In this document: piece by piece, positions 53,679 through 62,914 of the stretch | Position numbering within the stretch: position 1 is the first letter of the stretch | Layout of the letters: each line of letters starts with the position of its first letter | Assembly: GCA_963707655.1 (NCBI GenBank) | Contig: OY970172.1 | Location: 448,001-512,000, forward strand | Length of the DNA stretch: 64,000 nt | Origin: an uncultured bacterium | GTDB lineage: Bacteria > Babelota > Babeliae > Babelales > Vermiphilaceae | Reading direction: 5' to 3' | Program-made: the position numbers and the translations under genes | Notes under the pieces: generated by a model | Database searches by the model: none | What the model saw: the letters and a program-made list of their open reading frames with translations, nothing else | What the model was told of the DNA's origin: nothing

Positions 53679-55475
53679 ATGAATCGCCTCAAACAAATGT
53701 TATTGGCTCTGTTATGCATGGGCGGTGGCATTAGCCCCATCTTGTCTGCGGAACAACCATCTGCGGAACGACTTGCTCAAGAAGAATCCAATAATGTCAT
53801 TATACTATTTCAAGACTCGGACACTAAGAAAGAAGTAGATCGCCTTCCTCTGACCAGGCAAGAATTTAATATGCTCAAAAATGCATCTCAAGTCATAGGG
53901 GATATGGTTCAAGATCTTGGACAATCTCAAGTCACAGAAATACCTCTCAATAATAAGTATATTGATAAAGCAATGTTAAGACAGGCGCTGGATATTTTAC
54001 GCGCATACGAAGGGCTAAAGTCTCTATCTTTGCCCGGATATCAGGGTGTAGTTGCGGCAAGCAAAGATAAAAACGTGTTGCAGAGAAATATAGAAAAATT
54101 GATACTGCAAATAAATGCCCTGGGTCAAGGGTTTATAATAGCAGTCGATTATCTGGGTATTGAACTACCGCTCATAAAAACAGCCATGATTAATAAGATG
54201 GTCGCCAAGAATAATCTATTATATGATTTTCCAAAAATCCTAACCGGCCACACCGACGCGGTGTATTCTATTGCGTGCAGCCCTGATGGCAAATATATTG
54301 CCAGCGGTTCCTGGGACAAAACCGTCCGTGTGTGGAATGTTGACCTGGGAACTCTCGCATATACCCTAACCGGCCACAATCAACCGGTGTATTCTGTAGC
54401 ATGGAGCCCTGATGGCAACTTTATCGCCAGTGGTTCGTCGGATAAAACAATCCGCGTGTGGGATGTGCAAACACAACAAATAGCTTATACTCTAACCGAC
54501 CGCACTAACACGGTGTATTCTGTAGCATGGAGCCCTGATGGTAACTCTATTGCCGGTGGTTCTCATGACGCAACTGTCCGCGTGTGGGATGTGCAAACGC
54601 AATCTCTTGCCTATACCCTAACCGGCCATACTGGTGTGGCATGGTCTGTTGCATGGAGCCCTGATGGCAACTACATTGCCAGTGGTTCTTTTGACGAAAA
54701 AATACGCGTGTGGGACGTGCAACGGCGAACTCTCGCATACACCCTAACCGGCCACACTGATGCGGTGCGTTCTGTTGCGTGGAGTCCTGATGGCAACTTT
54801 ATTGCCAGCGGTTCTCATGACAACACGGTCCGCGTGTGGAATGCTCACACGCATCAAGCAGCCTATATCCTAACCAAGGCAGGCTATATTGCGCCGCACC
54901 CTTATGATCATGGCAAATATAAGGTAGGCTCTGTTGCGTGGAGCCCTGATGGCAAATATATTGCCGGCGGTTCGGATGACCGAACAGTACGCGTGTGGAA
55001 TGTTCAAACGCATCAAGTAGCCTATACCCTAACCAAGGCAGGCTTTGTCGCGTGGAGTCCTAGTGACGAATATAAGGTAGGCTCCATTGTATGGAGCCCT
55101 GACGGCAAATACATTGCCAGTGGCTCAAATGACAAAACAATACTCGTGTGGGATCGGAATCCGCTCGAAAGGCTAAACCTTGCTCGAGTGTTATTGATGC
55201 ACACTATCATTGTCTCCAAGAAACTCCCCATCATAATCCCCGAGCAGTCAATACTTCAAGGACCGTCGGAAAAAGCATCTAACATCATGAGTGCCAAAAA
55301 CTCTCCGCAAAATCCGCCCCCGGTGCCGCAGGAGTTGACGCGCGTTGTCTACATGCAACAATTGTTTAACAGCCTGCCCCAGTCAATGCAAGAGTATTTG
55401 TCTACCGTGGCGAAACCTCAACCTCTTCCTCAATCAATAAAAGACGGTATTGATAAAATTTTACGAGCGCAATAG
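53679..55475 (+). CDS. Signal peptide + SKP1/POZ-like domain + 7 WD40 repeats
   Basis: GH..V.SVAWSPDG..IASGS.D.T.RVW repeats; N-domain ASQVIGDMVQDLG..EIPL..IIAVDYLGI. Confidence 0.9.
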   Translation: MNRLKQMLLALLCMGGGISPILSAEQPSAERLAQEESNNVIILFQDSDTKKEVDRLPLTRQEFNMLKNASQVIGDMVQDLGQSQVTEIPLNNKYIDKAMLRQALDILRAYEGLKSLSLPGYQGVVAASKDKNVLQRNIEKLILQINALGQGFIIAVDYLGIELPLIKTAMINKMVAKNNLLYDFPKILTGHTDAVYSIACSPDGKYIASGSWDKTVRVWNVDLGTLAYTLTGHNQPVYSVAWSPDGNFIASGSSDKTIRVWDVQTQQIAYTLTDRTNTVYSVAWSPDGNSIAGGSHDATVRVWDVQTQSLAYTLTGHTGVAWSVAWSPDGNYIASGSFDEKIRVWDVQRRTLAYTLTGHTDAVRSVAWSPDGNFIASGSHDNTVRVWNAHTHQAAYILTKAGYIAPHPYDHGKYKVGSVAWSPDGKYIAGGSDDRTVRVWNVQTHQVAYTLTKAGFVAWSPSDEYKVGSIVWSPDGKYIASGSNDKTILVWDRNPLERLNLARVLLMHTIIVSKKLPIIIPEQSILQGPSEKASNIMSAKNSPQNPPPVPQELTRVVYMQQLFNSLPQSMQEYLSTVAKPQPLPQSIKDGIDKILRAQ

Positions 55476-55597
55476 ATAGAATTGATTCTGCCACTGCGCG
55501 CCCCGGGTAATCTGTTGCGGGCAACTCGTCTGTTTATGTACATTGAATAGTAATGGAATAATTCAGGTTGCTGAGTAAGCATTAAAAAGGGGACCAT

Positions 55598-57337
55598 ATG
55601 AATCGCTTCAAACAAATGTTATTGGCTCTGTTATGCATGGGCGGTGGCATTAGCCCCATCTTGTCTGCAGAACAACCATCTGCGGAACGACTTGCTCAAG
55701 AAGAATCCAATATGGTGGTTATACTATTTCAAGACTCGGACACTAAGAAAGAAGTAGATCGCCTTCCTCTGACCAGGCAAGAATTTAATATGCTCAAAAA
55801 TGCATCTCAAGTCATAGGGGATATGGTTCAAGATCTTGAACAATCTCAAGTCAAAGAAATACTTCTCAGTAACAAATATATTGATAGGAATACGCTCAAG
55901 ATAGTTCTAGATTTTTTACAGCGATATCAAGGATTACAAGATCTCTCTTTTCTAGCAATAGACAATAAGGTATCCAAGCCGCGCTCACATGCTGCGGTTG
56001 CTGCAATTAAAAACAAAAAGTTATTACCCACACCTCAACAATTACCACAATACACGCTATCTTCAGAGTTTATAATAGCAGTCGATTATTTAGCTATCGA
56101 ACTGCCGCTCATAAAAAAAGCACTCATCGATAACATGATTGCCAAGAATAATCTATTGGATGGTTTTTTCCATAAACTAACCACCACTGACGTAGTGGAT
56201 TCTGTTGCATGGAGCCCTGATGGCAGATATATTGCCTGTGGTTCGAATGACACAATTCGCGTGTGGAATGTGCAAACACAACAAATAGCCTATACCCTAA
56301 CCGGCTACACTGCCTGGGTGCACTCTGTTGCGTGGAGCCCCGATGGCAACTCTATTGCCAGTGGCTCTTTTGACAATGAGGTCCGCGTGTGGAATGTGCG
56401 AACACAATCTCTTGCATATACTCTAACCGGCCACACTGGCGCGGTGTACTCTGTTGCGTGGAGCTCTGACGGCAAATATATTGCCAGTGGCTCAGAAGAC
56501 GGCTCAATACGCGTGTGGAATGCGCAAACACAATCTCTTGCCTATACTCTAACCGGCCGCACTGGCGCGGTGTACTCTGTTGCGTGGAGCCCTGATGGTA
56601 ACTATATTGCCAGTGGCTCAAATGACAACACAGTTCGCGTGTGGAATGTGCAAACGCATGCTCTTGCCTATACCCTAGCCGGCCACACTCGCCAGGTGCT
56701 CTCTGTTGCGTGGAGCCCCGATGGTAACTTTATTGCCAGTGGTTCAAGAGACTACAAAGTTCTCGTGTGGGATGTGCAAACAAAACAAATAGCCTACACC
56801 ATAACCGGCCACACTCGCCAGGTGCTCTCTGTAGCATGGAGCCCTGATGGTAACTTTATTGCCAGTTGTTCGGATGGCCTCACTGTTCGCGTGTGGAATG
56901 CGCAAACGCACTCTCTTGCCTATACCCTAAACGGCCACACTCCCCTTGCGTGGTCTGTTGCGTGGAGCCCTGATGGCAAATATATTGCCATTGGATCTGG
57001 GAACAACACGGTCCCCGTGTGGGATGTGCAAGCACCCGAAAGACTGACCCTTGCTCAAGCGCTATTGATACATACTATCATTGTCTCCAAGAGACTCCCC
57101 ATCATAATCCCCGAGCAGTCGATACTTCAAGGGCCGTCGAAACAAGCATCTAACATGATAAATCCGCACCGTTTGCCGCCAGTGATTCCACAAGAGTTGA
57201 CGCGTGTTGTCTACATGCAACAATTGTTTAACAGCCTGCCCCAGTCAATGCAAGAGTATTTGTCTACTGTGGCGAAACCTCAACCTCTTCCTCAATCAAT
57301 AAAAGACGGTATTGACACAATTGTACGAGCGCACTAG
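55598..57337 (+). CDS. Signal peptide + SKP1/POZ-like domain + 7 WD40 repeats (paralog)
   Basis: Same architecture as 53679..55475. Confidence 0.9.
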   Translation: MNRFKQMLLALLCMGGGISPILSAEQPSAERLAQEESNMVVILFQDSDTKKEVDRLPLTRQEFNMLKNASQVIGDMVQDLEQSQVKEILLSNKYIDRNTLKIVLDFLQRYQGLQDLSFLAIDNKVSKPRSHAAVAAIKNKKLLPTPQQLPQYTLSSEFIIAVDYLAIELPLIKKALIDNMIAKNNLLDGFFHKLTTTDVVDSVAWSPDGRYIACGSNDTIRVWNVQTQQIAYTLTGYTAWVHSVAWSPDGNSIASGSFDNEVRVWNVRTQSLAYTLTGHTGAVYSVAWSSDGKYIASGSEDGSIRVWNAQTQSLAYTLTGRTGAVYSVAWSPDGNYIASGSNDNTVRVWNVQTHALAYTLAGHTRQVLSVAWSPDGNFIASGSRDYKVLVWDVQTKQIAYTITGHTRQVLSVAWSPDGNFIASCSDGLTVRVWNAQTHSLAYTLNGHTPLAWSVAWSPDGKYIAIGSGNNTVPVWDVQAPERLTLAQALLIHTIIVSKRLPIIIPEQSILQGPSKQASNMINPHRLPPVIPQELTRVVYMQQLFNSLPQSMQEYLSTVAKPQPLPQSIKDGIDTIVRAH

Positions 57338-57487
57338 ATAGAACCACACATTCGGGGGGCTTACCATGCCCCCTCCATTATCAACTTCTGTTTCAAAGAC
57401 GCGGGACAAGGCTACGACTTTTTGATATACTTTTTTTTACTTTTTCAACGGCAAAAACCAAAACACTTTCAAGCGCACAAAGAGACC

Positions 57488-58231
57488 ATGTCAAAAAGCA
57501 ATACCGCCGCTATAGAAATAAACAATCTTACCGTTGCCTACCACAACAAACCGGTGCTTTGGCAGGTAGATTGCTCTATTGCACAAGGAGCCATGGTTGC
57601 CATTGTGGGGCCCAACGGCGCAGGAAAAACAACATTACTCAGAGCCATGCTTGGTCTGTTATCTCCTCTGGCCGGCACTATTACTTTACTAGGTAAAACA
57701 CATACGCAGATGAAAAAATCTATTGCCTATGTACCGCAACGCTCATTAGTTGACTGGGATTTTCCTGTCACTGCTCTTGATGTTGTCATGATGGGCACGT
57801 ATGGCGCATTGGGCTGGATAAAGCGACCGGGAAAAAAAGAATATGATGCGGCATATCTGGCACTTGAACAAGTTACTATGCTTTCCCATGCTCAATCTCC
57901 TATTGGCCAGCTCTCCGGCGGCCAGCAGCAACGCATTTTTATTGCGCGCGCACTGGTGCAGAATGCACCGCTGTATATGCTTGACGAGCCGTTTGTTGGC
58001 ATTGATAAAAGCACTGAACAAATAATCAGCACACTGCTCAAACAGGAACAGGAAAAAGGGAAAACAATTTTGGCGGTGCATCATGATTTGCATACGGTGA
58101 CCAGCTATTTTGATTCCGCATTACTTTTAAATAAAACCCATATTGCAAGCGGGCCATTGGCGCACAGCTTTACTCATGAAAATTTGCAAAAAACATTTAA
58201 TTATTCATCATTCTCACTGCAGGGACAATAG
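57488..58231 (+). CDS. troB: Metal ABC transporter ATPase
   Basis: GPNGAGKT, YVPQR..VDWDFP, LSGGQQQR, LDEPF, VHHDL. Confidence 0.92.
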   Translation: MSKSNTAAIEINNLTVAYHNKPVLWQVDCSIAQGAMVAIVGPNGAGKTTLLRAMLGLLSPLAGTITLLGKTHTQMKKSIAYVPQRSLVDWDFPVTALDVVMMGTYGALGWIKRPGKKEYDAAYLALEQVTMLSHAQSPIGQLSGGQQQRIFIARALVQNAPLYMLDEPFVGIDKSTEQIISTLLKQEQEKGKTILAVHHDLHTVTSYFDSALLLNKTHIASGPLAHSFTHENLQKTFNYSSFSLQGQ

Positions 58232-58233
58232 AT

Positions 58234-59091
58234 ATGTCTTGGTTCTCCCATTATTACCATCTCTGCATAATCTTATTTGGCAGTTCATTAATTGGGCTGA
58301 TTGCAGGCGCTTTGGGAACCTTTGTCTACCTGAGAAAACAGAGCTTGGTCGGCGATGCCATTTCACATGCAACGCTACCGGGTATTGTGCTTGCCCTGCT
58401 GATCACCGCTAACAAAAACCCCACTCTCTTGCTCCTGGGTGGCGCTATTTCAGGAACCATCGGCATTATTTCTGCCCTGCTCATAACACGTATAACCAAA
58501 TTACAGAGCGATACGGTGCTCGGTATAATTTTATCATTGTTCTTTGGTACCGGATTATTGTTACTATCAATAGTTCAAAAATATCCACGCGCTGACCAGG
58601 CGGTGCTGAATAAATTTTTATTTGGCAACATTGCTATTCTCTTGCCCAGCGATGTGTGGCCGCTGCTCATTGTTGGTCTACTAGCCGGCAGCACACTGTT
58701 CATATTTTGGAAAGAATTAAAGGTTTACAGCTTTGATCAGGAATTTTCAAACGGAATACCGCACCTGAATACGACGATCAATATTCTGCTTACCGCCCTA
58801 CTTGTCATGGTCATTACCATCTGCTTGCAATGTGTCGGCGTAATTCTTATGAGCTCACTATTAATTGCACCCACTGCCGCAGCGCGCCAATGGACCGTGC
58901 GTTTGGAAACAACAACAGTATTGGCCGCCTTTTTTGGTGCAGTATCTGCGGTGATAGGAACACTCATCAGTAACAGCATACATACCCCAACAGGACCCAC
59001 CATTGTGCTGGTAATAAGCACGCTTATTAGCGCATCGCTTATTCTTTCTCCCCGTCGGGGATTGCTGATGTATTGGTTTAAACGCGTTTAG
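58234..59091 (+). CDS. troC: Metal ABC transporter permease
   Basis: LRKQSLVGDAISHATLPG; ABC-3 family TM pattern. Confidence 0.88.
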   Translation: MSWFSHYYHLCIILFGSSLIGLIAGALGTFVYLRKQSLVGDAISHATLPGIVLALLITANKNPTLLLLGGAISGTIGIISALLITRITKLQSDTVLGIILSLFFGTGLLLLSIVQKYPRADQAVLNKFLFGNIAILLPSDVWPLLIVGLLAGSTLFIFWKELKVYSFDQEFSNGIPHLNTTINILLTALLVMVITICLQCVGVILMSSLLIAPTAAARQWTVRLETTTVLAAFFGAVSAVIGTLISNSIHTPTGPTIVLVISTLISASLILSPRRGLLMYWFKRV

Positions 59092-59107
59092 ATAGAAGAT
59101 AACAATA

Positions 59108-60196
59108 ATGAATATGCTCCAATTACACATCATGCTCATCGCCTGCCTGGTTTCTTTGGTAACTGTATTGCCGGGAACATTTCTGGTGTTACAAAACAGT
59201 GCATTTATGAGCGATGCGATTAGCCATGCGATACTACCCGGCATTGTTATTATGTTTTTATGGATCAAGCATTTGGACTCGCCACTATTGCTTATCGGAG
59301 CATCATTGGCCGGGCTCTGCAGCGTGTTGTTAACACAGCTTCTTATTCAAACCGATCGCATAAAAAAAGATGCCGCCATTGGTCTTGTTTTCCCTCTGTT
59401 TTTTTCAGTTGGGGTCATTTTAATAAGCCTGTACGCGCGGAACGTGCATATTGATGCAGATATGGTACTTTTGGGCGAACTTGCCTTTGCCCCTTTTAAT
59501 CGTTTTGTGTTCCACTCATATGATCTTGGCCCAACCGCATTGTGGAGCCTTGGCGCTATAGGAATTTTTACTGCAGCAATTATTACCATTTTTTTTAAAG
59601 AATTTGTTCTTGTATCGTTCGACAAAGAGTATGCGCAAACTAATGGATTCAGCCCACAAATTTTGTTTTACAGCATCATGGCGCTTACCAGTATTGTTGC
59701 TGTTGGCGCATTTGATAGCGTTGGCTCAATTGTTACCATTGCACTCATGATTATTCCTCCTGCCGGCGCACTCTTGCTGTGCACACAAGTAAAGCCACTC
59801 ATTGTAACCAGCATGGGAATAAGCGTGAGCGCATCATTAACCGGTTATTGCATTTCCCATCTGGCAGATGTTTCTATCGCCGGATCAATAGCCGTTGCCA
59901 ACGGCATATTTTTTATAATAATCTTCTTCATAGCTCCGCACAGGGGCCTGCTTGCATACTTCTATAGAAACAACAGACAAAAGCATGAATGGGCAGAAGC
60001 AATTTTGTGCACTACACTGCTCAAAAAAGCGGTATCGGTTCATACGCTTGCAAAAGAGCTCAACTGGTCCTTATCTTATACTCATACGGTAGTTGCCAAT
60101 GTGACGCGCAAGGGGGAACTTATTGTACGCGGAGACATACTTACGTTGTCCCCCGAGGGAAAAATCAGGGCTGAAAAAAATTATACTCATTTCTAA
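59108..60196 (+). CDS. troD: Metal ABC transporter permease with C-terminal winged-HTH-like extension
   Basis: MSDAISHAILPG, VHIDADMVLLGE; soluble tail with TLAKELNWS..LTLSPEGKIRA. Confidence 0.85.
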   Translation: MNMLQLHIMLIACLVSLVTVLPGTFLVLQNSAFMSDAISHAILPGIVIMFLWIKHLDSPLLLIGASLAGLCSVLLTQLLIQTDRIKKDAAIGLVFPLFFSVGVILISLYARNVHIDADMVLLGELAFAPFNRFVFHSYDLGPTALWSLGAIGIFTAAIITIFFKEFVLVSFDKEYAQTNGFSPQILFYSIMALTSIVAVGAFDSVGSIVTIALMIIPPAGALLLCTQVKPLIVTSMGISVSASLTGYCISHLADVSIAGSIAVANGIFFIIIFFIAPHRGLLAYFYRNNRQKHEWAEAILCTTLLKKAVSVHTLAKELNWSLSYTHTVVANVTRKGELIVRGDILTLSPEGKIRAEKNYTHF

Positions 60197-60292
60197 AAGC
60201 TGATACCCGATATATTGCATTGGGCCGTTAATTTTTATTACAATTAGCATTGGCGACATGTGACATAATAAAATAAAAAAAGGGGGAGATTC

Positions 60293-60541
60293 ATGTCACT
60301 TTCAAAGTATGTCCTGTTTTTTATATGCTTAACGCTCTATGGCACTGAACAACATTATTCAGAAAAAGAGCTTTCGTTTTTGATCGCCACTGAGTATAGA
60401 ACATTACGCGCACAAGAAAATATTCTGGCACAATCACCAAGCAATGCGCAGGTTAAAAAGTCTATAGAGCAAACTATTGCGCGCATAAAAAAACGAATCG
60501 GCGAACTGGAGTGCCAAAGAGAAAAAGAGGTGAATCAATAA
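60293..60541 (+). CDS. Small hypothetical secreted protein
   Basis: gggggag RBS, signal-like N-terminus. Confidence 0.6.
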   Translation: MSLSKYVLFFICLTLYGTEQHYSEKELSFLIATEYRTLRAQENILAQSPSNAQVKKSIEQTIARIKKRIGELECQREKEVNQ

Positions 60542-60668
60542 CAGTCAACGTCGCTCAATGTCTGGATTACATATGCTTAAAATAATAAAAATATTAACTT
60601 ATTTGCGTAAAAGTTGTTCTTTCTGCTATTCTGTTGCTGTTAAATAGTTTTTTAAGTAAGGGGCTTTT

Positions 60669-61769
60669 ATGGTAGAGCCAGCCAAATCAATCGCTGAAGC
60701 ACATTTGTTTTCAGGAAACATTTTTATTTTCCATGCTTTTGATGTGGGAGAAGATATCAATCTTGAAAAAGTACGCAATTCAGGAGTAATAATTCCTCGC
60801 CCGCTTACGTTACCCAAATACTTTAAAAATTATCACATTCCCCTTGCTATCGAATTACCCAATAGCAGCCAGAGTAGCCATTGCATCAGTGCCAAAATTC
60901 ATAACTTTGGTGCAATTTCACTCACCTACAAAATTCCTTTTACCGATAGTTTAGAAAATGTTCGTAAAAATCTAGAAAAAATCGATGACCATTTTCAAGA
61001 GCAAAGCCTTGTTGACGGACAAAGCATCTTTCACCGCATAAGCAATATGATCATCAATGCCAAGTTTTTTCAGATGACATCATCGTATGTTATTATTCAG
61101 GTGGATCCTGAACCTGAATTTATTGATACGGTACAATTAAAGGCAAGTTTTGGTTCTCTGATTGCTTCAACATTGCGCTTTGAAACAGAAAGCCTTTCAG
61201 AGTTTCAAAAAAATGAAATTTTAGCCTCGGCAATTGGTTATTTCCGCGGCGATTTGATGGTGATAGATACCGAAGCATCATTTGTGTACGATGCGGAGTA
61301 TGAAGAAATTCTTGATTTCTTTGAGTTTGCCAATATTCAACAGCTTGAATTACGCTATTTTGACCTTGTGCTCGATCAACAATTAAACATGATTTATGAA
61401 GATAAAGTGCGTCGCGTACCGCTTACTTCATATCTTCCTTTTATTGGAGTGCAAACAAAAAGCCCCGTTGATGAGTTGGGTAAATTAAAAGTTGATATTT
61501 CAGTGATTACAGAACGATTGGAGGGCAGCATTAAACTTGCCGGGGAGCCTTATTTTTCTGAACTTTATGCATTATTGGTAGATAAGTTCGATTTACAAGG
61601 TTGGCAAGAAGCGGTAAATAAAAAACTTTCTATTATTTTGGATGTACGCTCGGTATTGCAAAATAAAACCGATGCGATTCGTGAAGATCTGCTCAACGTA
61701 TTGATTATTATTTTAATTTTCATTGAGCTTGTGGTGGGTCTTTTAAATTATATAACACCTGGACATTAA
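60669..61769 (+). CDS. Conserved protein resembling the RMD1/DUF155 family
   Basis: FDVGEDINLE, EFANIQQLELRYFD, GEPYFSELY, C-terminal TM LIIILIFIEL. Confidence 0.65.
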   Translation: MVEPAKSIAEAHLFSGNIFIFHAFDVGEDINLEKVRNSGVIIPRPLTLPKYFKNYHIPLAIELPNSSQSSHCISAKIHNFGAISLTYKIPFTDSLENVRKNLEKIDDHFQEQSLVDGQSIFHRISNMIINAKFFQMTSSYVIIQVDPEPEFIDTVQLKASFGSLIASTLRFETESLSEFQKNEILASAIGYFRGDLMVIDTEASFVYDAEYEEILDFFEFANIQQLELRYFDLVLDQQLNMIYEDKVRRVPLTSYLPFIGVQTKSPVDELGKLKVDISVITERLEGSIKLAGEPYFSELYALLVDKFDLQGWQEAVNKKLSIILDVRSVLQNKTDAIREDLLNVLIIILIFIELVVGLLNYITPGH

Positions 61770-61825
61770 CAAAAAAACGGTACAATTATTTCATCTCACC
61801 TTTCATTTTCTGGACTTTAAAACAC

Positions 61826-62158
61826 ATGATTAACAAAATAATTATTACATCACTTTTGGTCGCTACTACTTTTGGCATGGAAAAAGAAATTAAGCATACA
61901 CGCCGCTTCCTCAAAACGTCTCGAGAAAGTTCTCCGTCTAACGTAGTTGATCCCTTGTTAAATGCCTGGGTTGCTAGTCTAGGAGAAGAAAAACTTTCTC
62001 TTAAGAAAAAAGAAGTTGCGCAGGTAATACATAACACACGATTAAATCAAACTAGCGAAAAACCGTTATCCGTACCCGAACTAGAAACGCTCGTAGAAAA
62101 TTGGCTCAACTCAATGACGGCGCAACGCGCAAAGACGGCGCAACGCGCAAAATTATAG
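61826..62158 (+). CDS. Hypothetical secreted protein
   Basis: Signal ending TFG|MEK; terminal 18-bp duplication (TAQRAK x2). Confidence 0.65.
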   Translation: MINKIIITSLLVATTFGMEKEIKHTRRFLKTSRESSPSNVVDPLLNAWVASLGEEKLSLKKKEVAQVIHNTRLNQTSEKPLSVPELETLVENWLNSMTAQRAKTAQRAKL

Positions 62159-62204
62159 ACCAACAAATGAAGCGCTCGTCTTCTTATCAGGTACACTGTA
62201 AACA

Positions 62205-62783
62205 ATGATCAAAACAATACTGAGTGTATTGCTCTTGTCCAATTCTCTTTTGGGCATGGATACTACACTAGATACAACAAAAAAACTTTGCGCGGTCCTT
62301 GACCGAAAAGATTTTATTTCTTCCTCCACGGCATTTGCCTTGCACGTTCAAACGCTGCAAAAACAGTATGAAGAACACGTGAGTTTATGCCCGCTGGTAG
62401 AAAAATATTTTCAGCATATACGCGACGAGCAGGAATCGTCTGCAGAATATAAAAACAACACAGAGCTCATACGGCAACAGTTTCGCAGCGAACCATTTCA
62501 ACAATGGCAAACGATTATTTTTGGTGTACTACAACAGATACAACGGGAAGAATACACGCAAGAACAAGTATCTGCCATAGTCGCAAAACTTGATGAAAAA
62601 CAGATCAGAACCGGATACCACTATACGTTATTTTTTTCCGGTAAAAAATCGGAAGATTACATCAAGTGCGTAGGGGCAAGCATGAACGCCGCCGACCCGT
62701 CACACTGGTTCGATTGCCAACAATTCACGATTGCAAAAACCGAGACCAAAGGCTGTGGCAACAGACTAATCAATATTATGTAA
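62205..62783 (+). CDS. Hypothetical secreted protein
   Basis: Signal ending LLG|MDT. Confidence 0.7.
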   Translation: MIKTILSVLLLSNSLLGMDTTLDTTKKLCAVLDRKDFISSSTAFALHVQTLQKQYEEHVSLCPLVEKYFQHIRDEQESSAEYKNNTELIRQQFRSEPFQQWQTIIFGVLQQIQREEYTQEQVSAIVAKLDEKQIRTGYHYTLFFSGKKSEDYIKCVGASMNAADPSHWFDCQQFTIAKTETKGCGNRLINIM

Positions 62784-62914
62784 CATACGTTCATGATGAA
62801 TGGAATCCCCATAGATTGCGATCATGCAATATTCTGTTGTGTAAAGCATTTATTTTTTAAGTGCACACAGTATATGATGATCAACGTTAGTAACTAAAAA
62901 AGCATGGGGTACTC

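Larger units (their letters stand above)
53576..57341 (+). repeat. Tandem duplication of a ~1.9-kb unit (upstream region plus WD40 gene)
   Basis: 53576.. and 55495.. are near-identical over ~100 bp of upstream DNA and the first ~260 coding bases (offset 1919); 3' ends also near-identical. Confidence 0.9.

Noticed and set aside
54240..57030. 126-bp periodic repeats as a possible array or DGR template/variable pair
   Set aside because: These are WD40 coding repeats; differences are not confined to adenines and there is no reverse transcriptase in the window.
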